Source of the DNA: Dictyostelium discoideum
Taxonomy: Eukaryota
NCBI GenBank assembly: GCA_000004695.1
Contig: CM000151.3
Coordinates: 1,600,001 to 1,664,000, forward strand
Length of the DNA: 64,000 nt
Direction: 5' to 3'
A model generated the notes under the pieces. The model ran no database searches. It saw nothing but the letters and a program-made list of their open reading frames with translations, and was not told the origin of the DNA. Both the position numbers and the translations under genes were made by a program. Below are positions 11,593 through 22,395 of this stretch, in pieces. Each line of letters begins with the position of its first letter. Within the stretch, counting starts at the first letter, position 1.

Positions 11593-14500
11593 TGGTAGTA
11601 ATCAAAATCAACCAATGGAATGTCAGAGGTTGGGGCACTGACACCTCCTTCAAAAACAAAACAGACTTTATCAAATCCCAATCCCCCCCAAACTCATTGG
11701 CACTAACCATAGTCAATGAACTCAACGCCGACGCAACACAAGCACACCAGCTATTTCCTGGCTCCATCATTAGCGCAACCAACAGAGGCAACGGAATAGG
11801 AATACTAAACCACAACAACCAAAACATAAAACTCTCACCAATATTCATAATAGAAGGTAGACTAATAATATCAGACATTCTAATAAAAGATACCACAACG
11901 AGAATCTTGGCCATATACGCCCCGGCCCAACCTGATAAAAGAAAAACACTAGCTTCAACACTAAACAAACACTTCAACAACCAATACCACAACCTAACGT
12001 CTAACCCTAAAAAAAACATCGACATCATAGCAGGCGACTTCAATTGTTTAGACTTCAATGACAATCACACATCAAATGATGACCAAGGCAACTTGACAAC
12101 ACAATCCCCAGATGAGATGGCCACAGTAATCGAAGCCATCAGAATTTCAAATAACCTAATGGATATGGACCAACTAAATAAAAGACCCACCTTCTCAAGA
12201 ACGATACACAACACAAACAATAACCTCACAAGAATCTTGGAAAGGAGACTAGACAGAATATACCTTAACAATAGCATAATCAACTACAGCCAATTATACT
12301 TAAGGAACCTAATCCCCCCAAAAATTAATGACATACCTCTATCAGATCACAACTTCCTATCAACCACCTTCACTCTACCCAACATACAGATGAACAAGCG
12401 CAGATGGAGATTAAAAAAATCCTCAATCCTCTCAAGCATAATGCTTAAGAAAATAGACTTCCTACTTAACGATTATTCAAGGGAGCTGTCATCCAACCAT
12501 AACTCTATTTCCTTCTCTCAACTCAACAGCTTACTAAACAAAATAAAACAACTATACACAGAATTTCAAAAACAAAATGACTACAACAATAAGGCAAACA
12601 TCAAAAATCTAATCTCCCTACTAGAGACAGAATTTAAAGACCAAGCCTTCGCAACCCTTTCAGCAATAAATGAATCTAAAAAAAGAGAAGAACAACTTAA
12701 ACAAGAATTGAACAACTATTGCGAAGAAACCTCACTCAAGTACATCTCCGCGAGAATCAAGAAAAGACACAATGATTTCACCATCAACGCAGTAAAAGAT
12801 GCACAAGGTAGAACAATCAACAAACAGGAATTGATCGAAGAAGAATACGTAAAATATTACTCAAATCTTTATGACTACAAAGAAGATGACCCACCATCTC
12901 ATTATGAAATGTTGGAAAATTGGACAGTGACCAGGGACTCAACATGGGACAACCTTGAAAATGAATTCACATCACAAGAGATCCTAGAAGTAATAAAACA
13001 ATTGAACCCACACAAATCTCCAGGCCCAGATGGAATTCCAAACTTATTCTACATAACACACAAAGAAAAACTAGCTCCAATACTGGCCTCAGCATTCAAC
13101 GACACTCTAAGAAATCCTCATCTAATTAGCAAAAATTACAAAGAAGGCCTCATTATCACGATACCTAAAAAGGGAGACCCCGAACTAATCAAAAACAGAA
13201 GACCAATTACACTGGCTAACTGTATATATAAAATCCACTCAAAACTAATAAACAATAGAATAATCCCAATACTAACGAAAGTGATCAACCACAATCAAAA
13301 AGGTTTCGTACCAGGCAGATTCATTATAGATAATATCATATCAATGAACGAATTAATCAACTATTGTAATGATAAAAGAATTAACGGAATAATTACACTA
13401 TATGATTTCGAAAAAGCTTTTGACTCGATCTCACACGGTTCAATACTCAGATCACTACAACACATCAACATTCCAACCAATATAATCAACCTGATAATGA
13501 ATCTACTCACCAAATCTGAAGCAAGAATTGAAATTAATGGTAGAACTACTATACCCTTTGAGATCAAAAGAGGAGTTAAACAAGGAGATCCACTATCACC
13601 CACCCTGTTCGTCCTTGTAATAGAGGCTTTAGCTAGAAAAATTTTACAAGATGACCGAATTACTGGCCTTCCTCTAAACAACAGCAACCACAGAGAGAAA
13701 TTCCAAAGCTTTGCAGACGACTCGGCTTCAATGGTCCCAGACTCTCAACAACTTGAATTAGTACTACAACACTTCAATTCATTTTGCAAAGCCACTTCCT
13801 CAAAACTAAACATCGACAAATCTTCATCAATTCTTATAGGCAACCCAGACAATACCAACCAAAGAATTCCAATATCTACAAATCCAGAAAGATACTTGGG
13901 ATACTTCTTCACAGGCAAAGGGATAACAAGAAAAATGCCAGAAATATTAAACACAATAAGATCATCCTTAGTACTATGGAAAACCACTGACTCAACAATC
14001 AAAACCAAAACCAACATCCTCAAAGCATTCGCACTCTCTAAATTAACCTACTATTCATATGTAGAGAACTTTAAGGAAGAGGAATTAAACCAAATCAATA
14101 AATTAGTCGAATGGTTTTTATCGGCACCAAACAACAAAAATGCTAGTGGATTTCAAGTTATTAATTTAATGAGAACCAAAAGAGCAAGATACCCACTAAA
14201 AGTAGGGGGCTGGAACATTTGGAATATAGAATTGAGACAACTGGCGCAGAAACTTTGGATCATAAACCAGTTCATCCTAGCACTAGAAACCAAACAAACA
14301 AACTCATCTCATCACAAAAGCTGGGAATATCAGATCCAAAAAAACAAATTCACATCCAGATACCTAAAAGAAAACTTAGACGAATGGAACAAAATAAGAA
14401 TAAAAAAAGCAATCTTCAACAATAATCTCACATCCATAAAAAACGAAAATGGACAACCACTTTCACTGGCAGAATGGTATACCACAATTCAAGACCAAAA

Positions 14501-15296
14501 TCCAACCATCCCTAAAACGGAATTCCAATCATCTCTAAACTTAAGAGGCTACAGCTATAATCAACTCTTCAACAACATACTGAAGATAAAAGACCCTAAA
14601 ACAAGAGACACAATGTTTAGATTCCATGCCAGATGCCTTCCAATAAACTACCTTCACAACAAACAATGCCCACTCTGCAAAGAAGATATGAGCAAAGACC
14701 CATACGGTCACCTGTTCTTCTCATGCAAGAAAACAAAACAATTCATAAAAATAAATAAACTCAAAAATTTCATCTATATTACCACAGGCAAAGGTAAAAA
14801 CTGGCACCATACAAGAATTAGGCAAAATAACAATTTCATTAATAGAATAACTCCAAAATTATCACCGACAGCCAAAAAAGATCAAGAAGTGAATGCAGAT
14901 TACGCCAACCACAGATTCCACAAAGAATACTTTGAATGGAACTATAAAGCAATAGACTATGATCTAACTAGATCATTCGCATATAGAAACCTAATGGCCC
15001 TTATCCTCCACAACATTTGGATTTGGATTTGCAATCAAATATACAGTGAAGATCCTTTAACAGATGAATCACTATCATACAGCTCCCTTCTAAAGAAATG
15101 GCACAAATTGGCCACTCTAGAATACATCAAAAAAGCAAAAGATCTGAAAAACTTATCAGCAAAAGACCATAATAACTTCAAAGATCCTAAGATCCTTCTC
15201 ACTTCAACGATCAAGTTAAGAAAAACAACAGCTAATTACTATTGTATTCCAGAATCATCTCTCCCAAATATTATATCTTTTGATCAATTCATATGA
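11592..15296 (+). CDS. Retrotransposon ORF2 (1234 aa): N-terminal apurinic/apyrimidinic-type endonuclease, central reverse transcriptase (…FVPGRFIIDN…YDFEKAFDSISH…GVKQGDPLSPTLF…FADD), C-terminal CxxC…HxxxxC zinc knuckle
   Basis: Conserved RT motifs (including the catalytic FADD box) and L1-like endonuclease motifs are readable directly in the translation. Confidence 0.9.
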   Translation: MVVIKINQWNVRGWGTDTSFKNKTDFIKSQSPPNSLALTIVNELNADATQAHQLFPGSIISATNRGNGIGILNHNNQNIKLSPIFIIEGRLIISDILIKDTTTRILAIYAPAQPDKRKTLASTLNKHFNNQYHNLTSNPKKNIDIIAGDFNCLDFNDNHTSNDDQGNLTTQSPDEMATVIEAIRISNNLMDMDQLNKRPTFSRTIHNTNNNLTRILERRLDRIYLNNSIINYSQLYLRNLIPPKINDIPLSDHNFLSTTFTLPNIQMNKRRWRLKKSSILSSIMLKKIDFLLNDYSRELSSNHNSISFSQLNSLLNKIKQLYTEFQKQNDYNNKANIKNLISLLETEFKDQAFATLSAINESKKREEQLKQELNNYCEETSLKYISARIKKRHNDFTINAVKDAQGRTINKQELIEEEYVKYYSNLYDYKEDDPPSHYEMLENWTVTRDSTWDNLENEFTSQEILEVIKQLNPHKSPGPDGIPNLFYITHKEKLAPILASAFNDTLRNPHLISKNYKEGLIITIPKKGDPELIKNRRPITLANCIYKIHSKLINNRIIPILTKVINHNQKGFVPGRFIIDNIISMNELINYCNDKRINGIITLYDFEKAFDSISHGSILRSLQHINIPTNIINLIMNLLTKSEARIEINGRTTIPFEIKRGVKQGDPLSPTLFVLVIEALARKILQDDRITGLPLNNSNHREKFQSFADDSASMVPDSQQLELVLQHFNSFCKATSSKLNIDKSSSILIGNPDNTNQRIPISTNPERYLGYFFTGKGITRKMPEILNTIRSSLVLWKTTDSTIKTKTNILKAFALSKLTYYSYVENFKEEELNQINKLVEWFLSAPNNKNASGFQVINLMRTKRARYPLKVGGWNIWNIELRQLAQKLWIINQFILALETKQTNSSHHKSWEYQIQKNKFTSRYLKENLDEWNKIRIKKAIFNNNLTSIKNENGQPLSLAEWYTTIQDQNPTIPKTEFQSSLNLRGYSYNQLFNNILKIKDPKTRDTMFRFHARCLPINYLHNKQCPLCKEDMSKDPYGHLFFSCKKTKQFIKINKLKNFIYITTGKGKNWHHTRIRQNNNFINRITPKLSPTAKKDQEVNADYANHRFHKEYFEWNYKAIDYDLTRSFAYRNLMALILHNIWIWICNQIYSEDPLTDESLSYSSLLKKWHKLATLEYIKKAKDLKNLSAKDHNNFKDPKILLTSTIKLRKTTANYYCIPESSLPNIISFDQFI

Positions 15297-15393
15297 TTAA
15301 AATAACCCTTCAGCTTAAATGATAAGCCTTTAAATAAATATTAAATAAAACTCGTATTAACACAGATGGACATATATCAATCTTGTTAATCCA

Positions 15394-15432
<39 letters not shown>

Positions 15433-15437
<5 letters not shown>

Positions 15438-15444
15438 GTCCTCA
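15433..15444 (+). repeat. Target-site duplication, right copy (AGAGGGTCCTCA)
   Basis: Immediately follows the A35 tail. Identical to 10161-10172. Confidence 0.8.
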
Positions 15445-15465
15445 GTTCGATTCTGAGCTCGGGCA
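15433..15465 (+). tRNA. tRNA gene, 3' part (T-arm CTCAG-TTCGATT-CTGAG, acceptor 3' strand CTCGGGC, discriminator A)
   Basis: Perfect 5-bp T-stem with a B-box-like T-loop (GTTCGATTC). The acceptor strand pairs 6/7 with GCCCGTG at 10103. Followed directly by a T6 Pol III terminator. Confidence 0.6.
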
Positions 15466-15471
15466 TTTTTT
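15466..15471 (+). terminator. Pol III oligo(T) terminator of the tRNA gene
   Basis: TTTTTT immediately after the discriminator base. Confidence 0.5.
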
Positions 15472-15494
15472 CCTCCTAGACAGGATGGATCAAT

Positions 15495-15504
15495 GGTTCG
15501 AATC
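15495..15504 (+). promoter_or_regulatory. Extra B box (ex-B, GGTTCGAATC), about 30 bp downstream of the tRNA 3' end
   Basis: Perfect B-box consensus outside the tRNA body. A downstream ex-B box is an established feature of many Dictyostelium tRNA genes and a TFIIIC site. Confidence 0.5.
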
Positions 15505-15666
15505 TGCAAAAATTAATAATAAAACTTATTTTTTTTTATATTAGGTTTTTAAACTGGTTGTGTAGGTTGTGAGTTTTTATTTTTATTTTTTTATATATTT
15601 TTTTTTTAGCAAATTAAATTGTTTTTTTGGATAGATTCAAACTAAAAAAAATTTTATTTTTTTATT

Positions 15667-16272
15667 TTAATTATTACAGTAATAGATTTCTGGTGTATTT
15701 TGGCTACACTCTGGGAATTCTAGAGCATGAGAGAATATAGCGTTTGTGCAGGAATCGGTACTAAAATAATAATTCTCATCATATGAAGTCTCATTACAAC
15801 TTGTAGTTTTAATAGAGCCAACATCAGTATAGGTGCATATATTTAAACCCAAGGAAGCTACTTGAATAATATCATCCTTCCAAGCAGGGTTAGAATCAGG
15901 GCATTGGCCATTTGTTAAATATTCAACTAGTGAATTAGTTCCAAGATCATAATCTTCTGTACAACTATAAATAACATTATTTGATGTTCCAAAATCATTG
16001 GTACATTTATTTGCTTCAAGATTTATAGATTCAGATCCACCTTGACAATTTGATCCATAATATTGGGTTCTTGTTATATTATTATTTGCAGCATCACATG
16101 TATACATAAGGCTTGTTCCTTCATTACATAAATTGGTTGTTCTATAATGAACAAGGGTCATTCCATTTTTACAAGAATAATCATTTATTTGATAGTATTC
16201 AACTTTAAGATATCCTGAATAAATACTTTTAAATAATAATGATAAAAATATAAATTGAAATAAAATTTTCAT
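15667..16272 (-). CDS. Small secreted cysteine-rich protein (201 aa; signal peptide MKILFQFIFLSLLFKSIYS; about 16 Cys; possibly ponticulin-like)
   Basis: ORF track, N-terminal signal peptide, cysteine spacing typical of small extracellular Dictyostelium proteins. Family assignment is tentative. Confidence 0.55.
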   Translation of the reverse strand: MKILFQFIFLSLLFKSIYSGYLKVEYYQINDYSCKNGMTLVHYRTTNLCNEGTSLMYTCDAANNNITRTQYYGSNCQGGSESINLEANKCTNDFGTSNNVIYSCTEDYDLGTNSLVEYLTNGQCPDSNPAWKDDIIQVASLGLNICTYTDVGSIKTTSCNETSYDENYYFSTDSCTNAIFSHALEFPECSQNTPEIYYCNN

Positions 16273-16615
16273 TTTTTTAATATTTATTAATGACGAGATA
16301 AAAGTAAAACAATTTAAATTTTTTTTTTTTTTTTTTTTTATTTTTAAAAAAAAAGATATTTATTTTTTGTTTGTAAAAAAAAAAAGATATTTATTTTATT
16401 TTTTTTAAAAAAAAAAAAATTAAAAATAAAAAAAAAACATTTGACATCATAAATATCTTCCTATTTATTTAAGTTTTAAAGATATTTTTTTTATCGAAAT
16501 CTAAAATTTTTAAAATAAAAAGAATAAAACTAAAGTCAAAAATTAAAATGATATATTTTTATTTTTATTTTTATTTTTATTTTTAATTTGATTTTATTAC
16601 AATTTATATTTTATT

Positions 16616-16877
16616 TTATTTAAAACTTCTAAGTTTAAAACGTTGTTTTACAGAGAATGATTTTTTCATTGTAAATAATCTAATGGAATATCTATGTTTT
16701 CTATAAATTAAAATAGCACCTAATGTGAGAAGTGAAACACAAACAACTGGTACAACAACAGCAACTGGAATTACCCAATTTTTTTTTGTTTCTGAATTAC
16801 CACAAGATGATTCAAAGTTTGGAGATACTATTATTTTAAAATTAATTAATTAATAATTTTTTTTTAAAAAAATTAGA

Positions 16878-16949
<72 letters not shown>

Positions 16950-19900
16950 TTAAAAAAATTATTATACAAACCTAAAACAGAGAAATCTGGATCAATAAAA
17001 CATTCATTTGAACAATGTGGTAAATTTAAACCAACAACAATTGTAGAAGATGAAGATAAATCTTTAACAATTTCACTAGACATAAAAGTTGATCTTCCAT
17101 CAGATACAACTTTATTAATGAATCTACCACTTAAAATTTTTGAATTCTTTGAAATTGAAATGTAATTTAATGTTAAATTTGGATCAATATTTGAGGTATC
17201 AGATTCAGATTCATGTTGATTACAAGAGTTATCTTCTTCACTATCAAGATTTGATGTTTCACCTGCAGATGATAAAAATCTTAATTGTAATGTATTTAGG
17301 GCACTTTCATATTGATAATTTTTAATTGAAACTGAAATTTTTAAACCACCTTGATCAATTTCTAAATTCATACCTGCAAATGTATATTTTTTAGATGAAT
17401 TAACAATTTCTTCAATTATTAAGGTTATATTTGAAAATTGATCAATTTGTTGTGAAAATTGATAAATATATTTGGTGGATGGATCAATGGTAATATCCCA
17501 TTTCTTTTTTAAATCATTGGTTTTAACAACCTCACCATTATAATCTAATTCAACAATTGAAATTATTGAAATTTCATAATTTACATCTTGATTACTAATT
17601 GATGCTGCCCCAGTTTCCACATTGACTTCTGTTTTTGATACTGGAATTTCTTGATTCTTTGTTTCTCCTCCAATTGTGGTTGAAGTTGTTGATGAAGATG
17701 ATGTTGTAGGTGGTTTAAGTGATGAACAATCAAAACCAGAATAATCAGAACTACAAGTACAAACACCAATTGATGTATCACATTTACCATGATTTGAACA
17801 ATCTTTTGGACATTTAAATACTGTACTAATATATTGGAATTTATTTTTACCAATAAAACTACTACCATTTTGTGTTATGTTTACATCTTTTGTACCTGAG
17901 CCTGCTGGTAATTCACAAATAATTGTATTTTCAGTTTCTATTGGATCAACACATTCAACTCCTCCAATTGTTACTGTTAAATTAATATGTTGATTACTAA
18001 ACCAACCATAAATTGTAACTTGACCACCACTTGTTGTACATGGATCAATTGAACTTAAATAATGAATTGGTGTTGTACAATTATCAGATTTCCAATTGGG
18101 AGTACATTTACATTTACCAATGTCATAATTACAAACACCATTATTTAAACAATTTACTGAACATAAAATACCACTACAATCTGAATAGGTCGTACCATCA
18201 TTACATGAACAAATACCAGTTTGATTATTACATGAACCTAAACCACTACATTCGATATTATTTTTTGATGGACAAGTAATTAAATTTAATTCACAACTTT
18301 CACCTTGATGAGATGAATCACAATTACATTTTCCTATGGTAGTATCACAAATACCATGACCATTACAGTCTGACTGACATCTAATACCACTACAATCAGC
18401 GCCAACTCTACCAATATCGCAGGTACAACTACCAGTTTGATTATTACATGTGCCCCATCCACTACAAATTGCTTTGTTTGAAGTTGGACATGAAACTAAA
18501 TCCATTTCACAACCAGCTCCTTGGTGAGAAGAATCACAATTACATTGACCTACAGTGGTATCACAATAGCCATGTCCACTGCAATCTGATACTGGACATG
18601 AAATACCACTACAATCACTACCTACTCTATTAGCATCACAAGTACAAATACCAGTTTGATAGTTACATGTACCCCACCCACTACAAGTTGCTTTGTTTGA
18701 AGTTGGACATAAAATTAAATCCATTTCACAACCAGCTCCTTGATGAGAAGAATCACAATTACATTGACCTATAGTGGTATCACAATAGCCATGTCCACTG
18801 CAATCCGATACTGGACATGCAATACCACTACAATCACTACCTACTCTATTAGCATCACAAGTACAAATACCAGTTTGATTATTACATGTACCCCATCCAC
18901 TACAAACTGACCTATTTGGCGTTGGACATGAAACAAAATTCATTTCACAATTAGCTCCCTGATGAGATGGATCACAACTACATTGACCTACAGTGGTATC
19001 ACAATTACCATTTCCATTACAGTTTGGTACTGGACATGAAATACCACTACAATCACTACCTACTCTATTAGCATCACAAGTACAAATACCAGTTTGATTA
19101 TTACATGTGCCCCATCCACTACAAATTGCTTTATTTGAAGTTGGACATGAAACTAAATCCATTTCACAACCAGCTCCTTGATGAGAAGAATCACAATTAC
19201 ATTTACCAATACTAGTATCACAATAACCATGATCACTACAATCTGATATTGGACATGCAGTTTCACTACAATCATTACCTGTTCTACCAGTACCACATGC
19301 ACATACACCTGTCTTTTTATCACATATACCAAATCCACTACAAATAAGACTAGAATCATTAGATGGACAAATTAATGAAACGACTATAGATGAACAATCA
19401 ATACCTCCATATCCTTCATAACAATCACAAGATCCAGTTCTTGAAATACATAATCCATGATTACTGCAACCGTTTAGACATTGAAAAATTTTAATTTGAG
19501 TACCATTTTGTAAATTAGGATCATAATCAACTGTTAGATGTACACCCAATGTTTGCCAACCAGCCAAGTTCCTAACGGTTAAATATGTTTTCATATTTAA
19601 ACCCAAAACCAAAGAATCATCGACAGCAGTAGTAGTTGTAGTTCCAAGTTGATTGGTAGTTGCAAGTGAATTATCAGCTATAATTATTTCGCTATTACTA
19701 TTTGTCATTTCAATTGCATTACTAATGACACATTCAATTCTATAAAATGTTGAAGAGATAATATTACAATAATAATTTGAAATATTAATGGAAATTAAAG
19801 TTTTATCATATGTGAAATCAGAACCATCAAAAATAACTGTATAATTTGGATAAACTGTTACCATTGAAACAGTTGGATTGTTTTGAATTACTCTTGCGAA

Positions 19901-20270
19901 TAATGTTACTCCTGGATTTTGGAAAAAAATGGAAAACAATTGATTGGTTGAATAAGTATAACTGGCACTAAATCTTGTTGATGGAATTTCCACTTCCCAT
20001 TGTAAATTTGGTATTGTTACTATATTGCTACCATTAAAACCTAAATTTCTACCTTCCATATAAATTTTACCAGTTCCCATTCTCAATGATGGTTCAATTG
20101 CACCACAATAACTATTTGCTGAATCTTTATTTGTAAAATAATTTCCTAAAAAATTATTTTCTAAATTATTTTTCATAAAACAAATAAAACAATTTGGGAT
20201 TAAACTTTTTTATTTTTATTTTTTTAATAATAAAAAATGGATTAATAATTTTTAATTAAAAAAAAAACAA

Positions 20271-20351
<81 letters not shown>

Positions 20352-21603
20352 TACATACCCAGTAAAACCATTATTTGAAAAATTAGTATTACTAATTGAA
20401 CAATATGATTGTGGAATTGTACCAACTATATTATTATTTGATATATCTAAATTTTTTGTAAAATTTAAATTATGAATTTCTGGTAAAAAACCTCCAATTA
20501 AATTATCTGATAAATTAATGTTCACAACCTTTGATAATACTGAAAAAGCAGATTCAATATTTGTAAAATTTGAACCAGAAAGTTTAAAATTTGAAACTAA
20601 AGATGATACATTTTTAAATTGGAATGAATTAGTTAAAACGATTGAAAAATCTCTACTTGTTATTATTTCTACATCTGTTAAATCTGGATAATTTTTGAAT
20701 GTCAATCTTTGAGGAGTTTTTTGAATTCCAATTTTTAATTTCAATTTTTTTACTGTCATTATATTATCACCTTCAAATAAATAATATTGATTTGTCATTG
20801 AATTAAAATCTCTAGTTGTTATTTCACTTTTTTTTTTGTTTTTTTATTTTTAAAAAAAATAATAATAATTAATAATCACTAATTTTATAATTATTATTAT
20901 TATTATTATTGAAAAAAAGAATAATTTTAAATAAACTTACATTTCCTCAATACCTGTATAATTTCTAAATCTATCAAATGAATTTTCATCAAATTGATTT
21001 TGTAAATCTAATTTAAATTTTTTGATGTTGGTAAATCCTGAAAAATCTGGAAGATTTTTTGAAAATAATTCTCTAATTATCATAATATTAGTTTTTAAAT
21101 AAAATAAAATAAATAATAATCTTAAGATTATTATGATGATGCAAAATACTTACAAAGATCTTGGATATGAAGTACCACCCCCATTACTTCTGGAATATGT
21201 AACTTGTTGAAGACCCCCTATATTTGAATTATCAACAAGTTTTCTTTATACCAAATGAATTATTAGTGATTTATTGATAAAATAAATTATTAAATGAAAA
21301 AAAAAAAAAACTTACAAGTTTACAATATTTGTTAAACCTTCTAAATATTGTACATAGTTCAATGTTGTATTAAAACCAATAAAAACTGATGGTAAATGTA
21401 CTTGAGTTGATATTGATCCAAAAATTGGTCTTGGATTTATTATTTTAACTGATGTTACACCTTGATAATCTTGATTATAATTGTTAGTATTCATAAAATT
21501 TGTAGCATTACTAAAAAAGCTATTGTCAATCATAAAATCATACAAAGTTCTTTTTTATTATATTTAAAAATATATATATATTTATAAAAAAAAAAAAGTG
21601 TAA

Positions 21604-21638
<35 letters not shown>

Positions 21639-21951
21639 CTTACATTGAAGTTAAATTAAAAAAACCAACAAACTCATTGGGCATTGGATTTATATCATCA
21701 ATATTACTGTGTAAAATTATTTCTGTAATATAACTTCCAAAACATTTAAAACTAATTCCATCACACAAAATATTTTCTTTACCAACGAATTCCTTATCGC
21801 TATAAATGGGTTGAATGGTATTATTTCCATGATTATTTAGAATCCCCACTGCTAAATTATATTCAGTTCTTATGATTGCATTATTAATTCCAATTAATAA
21901 TGTTATTATTAATACCAATATTAAAAATAAATTATTAATATAATATTTCAT
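16616..21951 (-). CDS. Multi-exon gene (at least 6 exons) for a type-I membrane receptor-like protein: signal peptide, leucine-rich repeats, large domain with about 10 tandem EGF/tenascin-type Cys repeats, TM helix, short basic tail
   Basis: Exons reconstructed from minus-strand ORFs 21640..21951 (signal peptide MKYYINNLFLILVLIITLLIG), 21312..21545, an exon near 21145-21245, an exon near 20940-21090, 20359..20826 (LRR), 20204..16972 (main ORF 16850..20176) and final exon 16827..16616 (SPNFESSCGNSETKKNW-VIPVAVVVPVVCVSLLTLGAILIY-RKHRYSIRLF...*). Two introns carry (AAT)n microsatellites that the raw ORF reads through as poly-Ile. Confidence 0.6.
16972..20204 (-). CDS. Main exon of the LRR-EGF receptor gene (EGF-like CxxGxCxCxxxxxGxDCS repeats, Ser/Thr-rich stalk)
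   Basis: ORF track 16850..20176 (1108 aa), trimmed at a GTTTGT donor upstream of the (AAT)30 tract and extended to the acceptor at about 20205. Confidence 0.7.
18400..19320. repeat. Near-identical tandem DNA repeats of about 210 bp inside the EGF-repeat exon (units encode CSGWGTCNNQTGICTCDANRVGSDCSGI(S/A)CPVSDCSGHGYCDTT(V/I)GQCNCDSSHQGAGCEMDL…)
   Basis: At least three copies share long stretches of identical nucleotides (for example ccactacaatcactacctactctattagcatcacaagtacaaataccagtttga). This indicates recent repeat expansion or homogenisation. Confidence 0.7.
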
Positions 21952-21973
21952 CTTTTATATTTATTGTATTTTT

Positions 21974-22013
<40 letters not shown>

Positions 22014-22395
22014 AATAAAAAACAAAAACAAAAAAAAAAAAAAATAAAAATAACAATCATCTCAGAATTCTAAAAAAAATGGCAATCGGTAAACGGTTTT
22101 TATTTTATTTTTATTTTTTTTTTATTTTTTTTTAAATTTTAGATATTTTTTGTACAATGTTTTTTTTTTTTTGATCTAGATTGTGTTGGTCAATTTTTCA
22201 TTTTTTTTTTTCTTTTATTTTCATTTTTTAATTTTTTTATTTGAGAAATAGATAATATACATTTTGATATTTTAAATAAAAAAAAAAAAAAAGAAAAAAA
22301 TAAAAAAATAAAAAATAAAAAAATAAAAAATAAAAAATAAAAAATAAATGAAATTTCCAATAAATTATTAAAATATATTTAAATTATTATATTGT

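Larger units (their letters stand above)
10173..15433 (+). mobile_element. Full-length non-LTR (LINE-like, TRE-type) retrotransposon, about 5.27 kb: 166-bp 5' UTR, ORF1, ORF2 (APE endonuclease + RT + CCHC knuckle), about 100-bp 3' UTR, A35 tail
   Basis: Two ORFs overlap by TAATG. Poly(A) runs 15399-15433. The element is flanked by a perfect 12-bp TSD. Family (TRE3 versus TRE5) cannot be assigned without a database. Confidence 0.85.

Noticed and set aside
11582-14023. Minus-strand ORFs 11582..12064, 12065..12283, 13361..13687 and 13745..14023 inside the retrotransposon
   Set aside because: They are antisense to the well-supported RT/endonuclease ORF2, hydrophobic junk with no domain signal.
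16850-16960. Poly-isoleucine C-terminus of ORF 16850..20176, and the similar poly-Ile end of ORF 20256..20798
   Set aside because: This is (AAT)n intronic microsatellite read through by the ORF finder. Splice donors GTTTGT (16966-16971) and GTATGT (20353-20358) precede them, and real exons with a TM helix and LRR continuation follow.
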